Assembly (NCBI GenBank): GCA_032718475.1
Contig: JAUCBJ010007470.1
Coordinates: 39,868 to 103,867 of the forward strand
Reading direction: 5' to 3'
Length of the DNA: 64,000 bases
Origin: Nemertoderma westbladi
Lineage: Eukaryota > Animalia > Xenacoelomorpha
Position numbers and translations under genes: made by a program. The notes beneath the pieces were generated by a model that ran no database searches, was not told the DNA's origin, and saw only the letters and a program-made list of their open reading frames with translations. Shown here in pieces: positions 39,946-64,000 of the stretch (position 1 is its first letter; every line of letters starts with the position of its first letter).

Positions 39946-40479
39946 TGAAATAAAGTTTGTTGTTACCGTCTTTGATATTCGATTGATAATTGAGTAAACA
40001 CTGATAATAGTAAATAATAGCACAGTTGATAGATGATAATATAGAATAACAGTGTACCGGTATGGTAATATGTGATATGTAGTAACCGTGACAGTGCAAG
40101 ATGTCACCGGTCTGCACTCAACTAATGACTGAATAACTGAGTAAACTAGTATGAACACATTGATAATATACCTAATCATTCCTACATTACTCTGGCCTTT
40201 GTCCAGTGGATGCCTTTCCCCGCTCCTTATTGGTTGATGACCTACTTCACGCCTCTCACCTCTGTGGGAGTTCTTTCCCCCCCGCTGTTAGTTACTTGCC
40301 CTCTCGAGGTGGTTTGACCTCTAACCTCCCTTTGTGTGGATTTTGGGGTGTGCGTTGTCCCCGTTATTGGGTGTGATAACGAGATTGGTTGTTATCAATC
40401 TCGTATCTCCAATATTGCTGAAAAGGGCGCCACTTCCCAACTTTATGGGGGTAATGAGGCGGAATTGAATCCGCTCACA
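39946..40479 (-). repeat. 3' LTR (534 bp)
   Basis: Minus strand TGTGAGCGG...TTTATTTCA, preceded by polypurine tract GGGGGGGAG (40480-40488). Confidence 0.9.
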
Positions 40480-41899
40480 CTCCCCCCCACGCTATCTTCC
40501 CGGTGAGAAGATAGCATCACCTATGAGTGCGCTTCAATTCCGCTGGAACCCGATCTACTATCGGGTGTGGGGTGGAGTTCCTTTTACTTGGAGTCGGCTT
40601 TCCAGGCCGCCCCCTCTGGGTATGATATTACTACCCCCTCTTGGTGCAACCCCAATCTATGTTGCACAAAGACATCTGGCGTCTCTGTTTGAGACAATTG
40701 TGGAATCCTTACACAATTTTAAAAACTCCCTCACTCTGAACTCTAACTCTACTTCAGCTCCACTCTAACTTCACTCTCTCTGCTCGCTCCCCACACTTGA
40801 ATCGCACTCGTCTGCACTCTCTCACAAGCCAACACTTCCTCTCACTATCTCCCTGTGCTCCTCTACTCTCTGCCACTCCCAAAGGTGCCAAGTTCTTATG
40901 CTACTATACTGTGCTATCATTCTACCTACCTTGCTACTTACTTACTACTTACTATACTAACTCTCTTACTACTAACTCTATTCTACTAACTCTATTCCAC
41001 TAACTCCCTAACCCCTAACTCTCTACTAACTCCTAACTCTAACTCTACTAACTCTCTAACCCCCTAACTCTACTAACTCCTAACTACGTGGCGCTTTCGG
41101 TGCCCACAACCCCTCTCTGCTACTACCTCTATCTACGTGGCGCTTTCGGTGCCCACAACCACTCTGCTACTACCTCTATCTACGTGGCGCTTTCGGTGCC
41201 CACAGCCCCTCTACTCTCGTGGCATGTCAATATACCACACTCCCTTATACCTGCCTACTTCTAACCCTCCCGGTACTACGTACCCTCCTACTCCCATGGT
41301 ATGTTTATATACCACACTCCCTAATCTGCCTACTTCTTACCCTCACTAACTTCTAACCAACTTTCTAACTACTTACTAACTTCTACTTGCTATCTAACTT
41401 CTACTAACTTCTACTAACTACTACTTTCTAACTTTCTACTTATTTTCTTATTTTGTTATTTTATTATTTTAATTATATTTGTGTAGGAAGGGCGTCTCGC
41501 CCTCATTCCCACCCCCCTCAGTCCAACATTTGGACGACTACAACTCTAAGGTGCCCCTTCTATTAGGCAGCACTTTCCTACAGCCCTCCTGTAGGTCTTC
41601 CTCTCCTTTACTCCCATCTTGCCTCCTATTCTCACCCCCACCGACCGGACTCTTCCGTCCTCGTTGGGGTAAGTATCTACCACTCTCGCTAGCCTCCTCC
41701 ACCACCCTAAAATCGGGTCTCTCCGCCGCCTTCTTGATTTCCTCATTTCCTGGCAGCAAAATGCCACCCTTCATCTGGTCTTCGCCTGCCGGTAGAATGA
41801 AAAGAAATCAGAAGAATTGATAAAACAGAACGGACAATAGTAATCCTATCCCTTTCCATCCTGTCTTCTTACTCGACCTCCCCCTTTTCGGTATGCCTC

Positions 41900-44700
41900 T
41901 CAACCGGACCGGCGTCTCTTCCGGACACTCCTCTGGACACTCCTCCGGACACTCCTCCTGGACTCGTTGTCCTCCGGACATCTCGCCGTCCACTCCTCTC
42001 CATCCCCATACCGATACTTGCTGGGAACATCCTTGTTCCATCCCATTGTCTCTAAGTCTTCCGCGTCGAATCCATTCTCCTCCGCCCACTCTCTTGCTGT
42101 TACTTCTCCTTCTAGCTTATCTACCGTCTCTGGTTTCTCCTCTACGTCCTTAATGGTGCCTGGTAGCATGCACCCTGATGTCTCCGACACCCTGTGTGGA
42201 ATCTTGGTTTTAATTGGGCCGCTAAGCGTCCATCCGAACGGCGTGAGAATCGCCGTCGGATCCCGCTGTCTGTCTTCCCCGAAGATCATCTGTACTCTTT
42301 CGTGGGCCGTCGGGCAGTCCATACCCACTATGATGGATACCTTCGAGACGTCCACCTCCGGTATTGAGAAATCGATATCGTCCAGGAACCGGTACTGCTC
42401 GACCTCGATGTTAGTTGGTCTCCTGGCATTAATATTGATCGATTCTATGATCTGAATGGGGTCTATGGTCGCCCCATAGTCACATCCCGGTGCAATCGCT
42501 GATATCTCGCACCGTCCTGTCCTCATCTCCAGGACCTCATCCTTACTTGAGATAGTAGTTACCGCCAACCTACTCGGCCTCGTCTGTAACCCTATCTCCT
42601 CGGCCACCCAATTCTCCACCAGCGTGAAGGCTGCTCCGCTGTCGACCAGCATTAATGTTGTGACTGATCGGCCGCCCCTTCCTGTTATCTTCACTGGTAC
42701 TACCCCGAGTAGTGCTTTCCTCTTTCTCCTTGCTCCTGTCGTGCTTGTAGCCATTGTTTGGCCTCCAGTCTCATCCTCTCCTATTGCTGTTTCTCTACAC
42801 TCTCCGGATCTGTGTCCTTCTACCACACAATCGATGACATAGTCCGTTTGCGTCTGCGTAGGCTACACGATCTTGTTTAGGCAACGCTTGCCAATGCTTA
42901 CAACTCATGGTCTTATGGGTTCCATCCCTATGCAATTGACATTCGAATCCTGGATTGTAGCGTTCCCTGTATAGTCCCTTCACGTATCGCGCGTAGGTTT
43001 ATATCTACCGATTTAGTGTTTTGGTTATCTGGACTCGGCCTACTGGGTATGTTGGGATTATGTTTATTTGTGTTGTTATTTTCTTTCTGTCCCTGCCACG
43101 GTGTGGCCCTACTCCCAGCTAACTGTGGGCTTGTAGCCCCCTGTGTGGCCGCGTGTGGTAGCGACTGTCTTACTCTCGGGAATGGATCTGCCGGATTATG
43201 TTCGGGTTTAGGCCTGTTGTATTCAGTCTTCGGCGCCTTCCCCAAACTATCCTCACTATAGACTGGGTCTGTAATCAACTCTGCTTCGTAGTTGAGGAAG
43301 TTTGACATTTCCTCTAGCCCTGGCTCCGCACTTTTCTTCTCCCGTGTGGAGAAGGCGATCTTCCTCCACTTGCTACGTAGCCAGATCGGCAGTGCCTGCG
43401 CTATCGTGGTGATATTGTTAGATGCGTTGAGTTCGTATGGCGCGTCTAGCGTTTTCAGCACGATTAACGCCTTCTCGACCTTGTTCGCGAAGGTCTTTAT
43501 ACTAACAGGGTTGTCCTGTAGGCCACCCGATGTTATCCCCCTTAAGGTCTGCCGGATGATCTTGGCTGGGTGTCCGTATTCCCTGTCTAGGCCCGCCATG
43601 CAGTCGTGAAGCCACCCTCGATGCCCTGATACTGCCTCACGATGTTGTACGTTGGGCCTCCTGTATATACCTGTAGATATTTTAGGCACTCCGCCTGCGT
43701 CAGGTTCTTACTTAATATCTCGTTGCTGTACATGCGTCGGAATTGCAGGTATTCTTCCGGTCTGCTTCCGTCGAATTTAAATGGCTCGACAGGTGGTAGC
43801 TCGATCCTGGTCTTGAGTGCATCGATAAGTGTCGCCATTCCCATTGCCTGTGCTTCCAATGGGTTCGAAGGATGCTGTACAGATTCTCCTGTTGGGTGCG
43901 GTCCACCCGTCGGGCCTGTTGACTTTACTTGCATCGGATATATCATTGGGGGTAACGGCCCCCTCCATATTTCCGTGTCGCATAACCTGTTCTCGTCCAG
44001 GGGGTTCGATGTTCTTATTCCTGTTTGAGTGTATTGTTGATATTGTAATGGGGGAATGTCACCCTGTCCCCCCCCCCCCCCCCCACCAGTATTATGTTTG
44101 GTACTGGGGTTGATGTTAATATATTGGGGCCCATACACCTATCTGCAATAACTCTCCCCTCCCCTGGATATATGTTATGTCCCAGCATATTATAGTCATG
44201 CTGCTGTGCTGGTACTGATATAGGCCTATCCACTTCTTGCCTACCTACCGGTATGTACTCTGCGACTTCCGGATCTAATCCCGTCGTTCGCGCTACCCTA
44301 TTGCCTACACTATCCCTCCCAGCATGGCCTATAGTATGTGCAGTAAGGCCTACAGTATGCCCTGCAGTCTGCATGTGCCCTTCTGGACCGAAGTTTAACC
44401 TTCTCGAATAATTCAAGAAGTCCTCCCCGCGACTACCGTACTCTCGATCGGCAGCTATATCCCATCGGGAAGTTTCCCTTCGATCCCCTCTCCTGTTCTC
44501 TTCCTCATATCGGTACGTCCTGTACCCTTCTCCTATTGTGCGGTGCGTCTCTCCGGGACAACGGCAATCTCCCGGAGTTCGACCCCACTGACTCCCTAAC
44601 TCCATCTCTACTACCGACGGCTCGCTATCCGTCCTCGCTCTCCGGTTGCTCGTAGCAACACTTCTTCTACTATCTTCTCTTCTTCTCTCTTCAGTGTAGC
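41900..44700 (-). pseudogene. Frameshifted BEL/Pao gag-protease polyprotein
   Basis: ORFs 44015-44605, 43587-44138, 42928-43689, 42795-42983 and 41900-42826 join into gag, Zn knuckles and aspartic protease (DSG). Confidence 0.85.
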
Positions 44701-44726
44701 GTCCCCGCTCATGAGATCTCTCTCGA

Positions 44727-45259
44727 TGAAATAAAGTTTGTTGTTACCGGCTTTGATATTCGATTGATAATTGAGTAAACACTGATAATAGTAAATAATA
44801 GCGCAGTTGATAGATGATAATATAGAATAACAGTGTACCGGTATGGTAATATGTGATATGTAGTGACGGTGACGGTGCAAGATGTCACCGGTCTGCACTC
44901 AACTAATGACTGAATAACTGAGTAAACTAGTATGAACACGTTGATAATATACCTAATCATTCCTACATTACTCTGGCCTTTGTCCAGTGGATGCCTTTCC
45001 CCGTTCCTTATTGGTTGATGACCTACTTCACGCCTCTCACCTCTGTGGGAGTGCTTTCCCCCCCGCTGTTAGTTACTTGCACTCTCGAGGTGGTTTGACC
45101 TCTAACCTCCCTTTGTGTAGCTTTTGGGGTGTGCGTTGTCTCCATTATTGGGTGTGATACGAGATTGGTTGCTTTCAATTTCGTATCTCCAATATTGCTG
45201 AAAAGGGCGCCACTTCCCAACTTTATGGGGGTAATGAGGCGGAATTGAATCCGCTCACA
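44727..45259 (-). repeat. 5' LTR (533 bp)
   Basis: About 17 differences from the 3' LTR by eye count; no PBS follows. Confidence 0.9.
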
Positions 45260-46706
45260 TCGCGGCCGAACCATTCCAACCCACGCCACCACCCAACCAA
45301 ATGCCATACGTGGGCAATTACTGGCTAATTCAAGAGCTTTAGTTTTAGATACTTTTGATTTGATTATTATAATGATAAATATTGTGCAATATTTCGACAA
45401 AATACTGATATACTTTCGACCAATTTACCTATATGGTACTGTGTACTGTGGTAGGCCTACTCAATACAACAAAAATAATACAATAATTAATAAATTAAGT
45501 TTTTTTAGTTAAAATCCCCCCCCCCCCCCCCCCCCCCCTCCCTGGATACTCCCATATGTTATAAAACATTATTACATTAAATTTTTCGAACCTTTCTCAT
45601 CTGTAGTAAACACCATAGAATAATATTGATATGTAAAACCATGCAAAACCCTATTGATGTAAAACCAAGACAATAGATTAGCCGTAACGCGACAATTAGC
45701 CGTAACGCGACTTTTTGAGTAGCCGTACCGCGACTTTCAAAGTCGCGTTACGGCTACTCTGAAAATTTGCCGTAACGCGACTTTCCGTAACGCACATTAG
45801 CCGTACCGCCACTACGCCTACCAACGGTGAGTTGAACTATTTTGTTTTAAATTTCAAGTAAAATGATAAAGATTTGTAGAAAAAGTTGTCACTGTCGTTA
45901 GAAAATGAAATATATTGTTATGGGTAAATGCATACCCTATAGAGAGGCCTTTGGCTTACCTTACAATTATCCTCTGGTACTGACTGGTACACAACAATAA
46001 ACCGAAAGTATAATGTCATTATTTTCTGTACCTTGGTACCGGTACCTAAGAGCAAGAGGCATCATTTTAATTTTTTGTCAATCTGCAGTACAGCAGTCTT
46101 GTGCATGCCTACTGTTGAAAAGGCCTACGTCTAACATAAGTGTGACTTATTAGTAACGTATTATCAATATGAACTAACACTAGGTTGAGTTCGATAACAA
46201 AAATATCATTATTATTACCCTAAAACACTTTCATTATGATGCGTTTGAATACAACTATAAGAATATAGGCTGATAGGTCACATTAGGCCTATTTTTCTGT
46301 CACTTTGTATTAATAGTACCTGTATCTCAGTAGGCCTACACAGTGCAGTTGTAGTTATCCTTTATCCAATTTCATCCGTTTGTGTGTTTATAGTCGATCG
46401 ATCATTCCTGTGGTGCATTATTGACTAGTATTTTGGTTTTTTTCTAGTTTTACCTACGGTACCAGTATACAGTAATAGGATATTGCATTGTAGGCATACC
46501 GGTAGGTACTGTAACTGTTGTGTAGTACTGTATCTTTGGGTTTATGTTGGTTCGACAATATAAACGGAAGCCTGGCTCTCGAGACTGCATGTCTGGATAG
46601 TGGATATTTATGTTCCAGTAACCTTGGAAACAGCTGTTAGAGAATTTAAATCCAGTAGTGGTAGGAATATACAGTACTTTCATCCATTAAACATTATACA
46701 TCCCTT

Positions 46707-46895
46707 ATGGAACTCTGTGGAGAGCAGTTAGAACGACAATGTAAAGAGAAAACCAGGCGGGTAATGTGTTTTGTCAAAACTAGAAGTGAGGAAGAAATTT
46801 CCAAAATGATCAATAGTTTGGCTGATTGGAAATTTCCACTTTCAGGGACTGATATTCGCTATGTAGTGAACAATTATTTAGATAATTTGCCTCTT
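46707..46895 (+). mobile_element. Possible pogo/CENP-B-type transposase N-terminal remnant
   Basis: EEEISKMINSLADWKFPLSGTDIRYVVNNYLD resembles the HTH region of pogo-like transposases; short and isolated. Confidence 0.35.
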
Positions 46896-47509
46896 ATTAG
46901 TTATACTTTTTTCTGCGTTTTTTAAAAATGAAATTTTTTTATACAAGTCAACCCAGTACTGGTTTAAATTGATAATATTTAATACATGAAATGAATTATC
47001 CAAGTCGCCTCAACCTCTGCGGCGAGTTGGATAATTTTCGCGGCTGAATAAACCTGTTTCTTTCCTTAGCAACATGGATTTTACATAGCAACAAGGGGTC
47101 TATGGGTGGGATTTTCTCCAACTTACAAACAAACTTTACTCTAATGAATGACTTTCGATTGACTGAAGTATGCACTTCTACAGTAGATTGTTGCTAATTT
47201 AGTTTCCAGAGCAACGGAAATTTGTCTAATCATTTAACGATTTTTATTAGCTATATTGACTCGACTAATTATTTCGGTTGTAAATGTCATCATGAGTAAA
47301 TTCGCGGTGATATTCGTATCAAACTTATTTATATTTACTCGTAGCTGCGGATAATTTGGCAGTGGGTTAATAAAATATTATATTGTTATATTATATCACC
47401 TTATCACCATTCTGGTGATATCCTCTCAAAGTGAGAACTAACTTAGTAACAATAATCTTCTAGAACATTTTGAATATTCTCCAAAAGAGCATATCCATTG
47501 TGTAGGCTA

Positions 47510-48027
47510 AGGCCCCCCTCACACGGAGCAACTTGTTTCTGCAACTTGTTTCTGAAACTTGTTGCTGGACCCCCTCACACACAGAAACTTGTTGCTGCAA
47601 CTTGTTTCCGAAACTTGTTTCTGTGTGTGAGGACTCCAGCAACAAGTTTCTGCAACTTGTTTCCGCAACTTGTTTCTGTGTGTGAGGGAGTCCAGCAACA
47701 AGTTGCTGGAAGTTATATTCCCAGCAACTTTTTGAAAAACTTTTATTACATTCCATTTTTTGATACTAGCTAATATTAGATAATTTGAGTGATGTGATAT
47801 TATATATAAATGACTGGACTTGTTAGCTATTTATTTGCAAATAATTGTTATTTTCTTCAGCAACAAGTTTCTGTGTGTGAGGGGGTCCAGCAACAAGTTG
47901 CAGAAACAAGTTTCGGAAACAAGTTGCTGAAACAAGTTGCAGCAACAAGTTTCTGTGTGTGAGGGGGTCCAGCAACAAGTTTCAGAAACAAGTTGCAGAA
48001 ACAAGTTGCTCCGTGTGAGGGGGGCCT
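47510..48027. mobile_element. Foldback-like MITE with ~200-bp repetitive inverted arms
   Basis: TA|AGGCCCCCCTCACACGGAGCAACTTGTTTCTGC ... GCAGAAACAAGTTGCTCCGTGTGAGGGGGGCCT|TA; arms built from AACTTGTT repeats. Confidence 0.9.
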
Positions 48028-48103
48028 TAGCGAAGTATTGGTCTACCGTATATTTGTCAATTTCAATTTTATTATAATTAATATTCAAGACTTAAACATA
48101 CGG

Positions 48104-48168
48104 CATACATACGTACATACATACATACATACATACATACACACATACATACATACATACATACATAC
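48104..48168. repeat. (ACAT)n microsatellite
   Basis: Visible. Confidence 0.9.
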
Positions 48169-49433
48169 AAGTACGGCATAAACTTGCATCCACCACCAAA
48201 ACAGAGATTTCATATTATTATTATATTCTAAGGTTTGTAGGCCTACTACATACATATGTTTGGTTGCGCTGCACCTTTACGCTAAATATATTGTCGTACA
48301 ACAGCTGGCAGTAGCGTAATGCTAATCAAGGTCATCTGTTGTACAAAGAGGGCAAAGTGTATCACAATACCGTATATTTGTTCTAGTAACTGCAATTAAT
48401 TGCCTAAATCTGATATATGATACTTTGTACTATGATATGATATGATATGAAGAAATACGGTAATTAAGTAGTCAGAATAAGATGACAATAATTTGACATA
48501 ATCTAACAAAATTACGTACCGGTACTACAGTATACCATTTTGTAAGGCAAAGGTACCGGTAAAGGGCACTAAACATCGTTTATGAAAAAATTTAAATTTT
48601 GATGGTAGCTTGTTTTTTTTTTCATTATAGCTATTTTAAAAAAGCTTGTGTGACAATTTTTGAAATTTAAAATACGGAAATTTTGTATTTTTAATTTAGC
48701 TTTTTAATTCTAGCTAGTAAAAAGCACTAGCTACCATAAAAAATATCTAATAAGGTTCTAGAACAATCACCAATTTCAAAAAAATAACGGTACTCAAAAA
48801 CAAAATAAAAAACAAGTAGCTTCTATATAAAAACACTAGCTACCATCAACAACACTAGCACCACAAAAATATGACATGCAATGAGTCCACAATATTTTCC
48901 AGAACATAAATCAATAACCCAAAACAGATATTAAAAAAGCTTAATAATGGTGACACGGGCTACACTAGTACCTGATGGGATTCTAAGACTTTGTAGGAAA
49001 AATGTACTGGCATTATTGTAGAAAATCACTTATCAAATTAAAAAGACAATTTCCACAAAAGACTTCAGAAAATAGCAAAAAATGGTATAGAAAAAAAGCA
49101 AGAAATAAATAAATAATGAAAATCAAAATTACTAGCTGCCATCTTACTGTTAGAAGGTTAAATATTTGTTCTACAAAAAACCTCATGATAAAAGCAATTT
49201 TCATATGAAAAAATTGGTCAAAAAGTGCGCACCCATACCCATAGCATAGTAATGCCAATATTTCCGTGTTATTTACGTCCTCATGGCTTCCCAACCATCT
49301 GCAATAACAACTTTTCTCAACCTTAATGTAATGTAATAATGTATTTGGCCGTATTATCATCTCACGATAGTCAGGAATATTGAAAGGGTAGTTTAAGTTT
49401 AACAATAATTATAATAAAATTAGATGTCGCCAT

Positions 49434-63594
<14,161 letters not shown>

Positions 63595-64000
63595 AAGCCA
63601 TTCCATTACGCTAGACATCAAAAATAAATTATTTAGCTACTGAATTTGTAAATAATTTCATTTGCTTTTTTTATGTTGATAAAAACTGTAGAGGAATCTT
63701 TGAAGGTTATCTATTCTAGATGTGGTATAAATAGAGAATCAGTTCTAACTTAGTTGAACCATTTTCTGTGATTTCAACGATAGAGTTTGGGACTTCACGT
63801 ACCGGTTATAGGTAGACTAACGTATTATAGCAACGTCATATAAAAAGGCATTATGGGATGGGTCTACTAAAGCATAAAGATGAACTGTCTCCTTGAATGG
63901 ATTAATACCAATCTTACTACCAAAAAAGTCACCTGAAAGTTGGATTGAACACAGTGCCTAGAGATTCCAGCGCTGTCCAACGCTGTACCACTTTGCTACT

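Larger units (their letters stand above)
39946..45259 (-). mobile_element. Non-autonomous BEL/Pao LTR retrotransposon (gag and protease only)
   Basis: Direct repeats 39946-40479 and 44727-45259 with TG...CA ends and a PPT; gag motifs PPVEPFKFDG and LDREYGHP, Cys/His knuckles, protease LVDSGAAFTLV, AILTPFGWTLSGP; frameshifted; no RT, RNase H or integrase seen. Confidence 0.9.
39455..45818. mobile_element. Non-autonomous MULE-like TIR element hosting the LTR element
   Basis: TSD TACCAACG at 39447-39454 and 45819-45826; inverted ends built from CGCGTTACGGCTA repeats (39455-39630 vs 45655-45818). Confidence 0.8.

Noticed and set aside
41479-44113. Plus-strand ORFs overlapping the BEL/Pao internal region
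   Set aside because: Antisense shadows of GC-richer gag-protease sequence.
46948-47370. piggyBac-like MITE (TCAA-CCC ... GGG-TTAA)
   Set aside because: Left TSD imperfect and TIR match too short.
49013-49405. 130-aa minus-strand ORF just upstream of desaturase copy 2
   Set aside because: AT-rich with no recognisable motif; chance ORF or highly decayed TE.

Overview
AT-rich eukaryotic DNA, most likely an invertebrate animal, with GT-AG introns and a heavy transposon load. No prokaryotic genes, rRNA or CRISPR arrays are visible. Three host genes can be built from splice sites: a two-exon SMYD-type SET/MYND methyltransferase (13752-16605) and two tandem five-exon cytochrome b5-fusion membrane desaturases (30223-36260 and 49434-63594), both with a third His box of HIEHH instead of the usual QxxHH. 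The rest is mobile DNA and repeats: RTE-like and other APE-RT LINE remnants, a gag+protease-only BEL/Pao LTR element nested in a MULE-like element, Harbinger-like MITEs, a TA-flanked TIR element that splits a LINE ORF, Helentron/DINE-1-like elements, tRNA-derived SINE heads and minisatellites. Top candidates for novelty: an APE-type LINE whose ORF1 carries a Ulp1/SUMO-protease-like domain, the atypical desaturase pair with a patchy gene-conversion-like pattern, and a 50-bp amplification giving six tandem splice donors in one desaturase. All family assignments are by-eye motif recognition; no searches were run.
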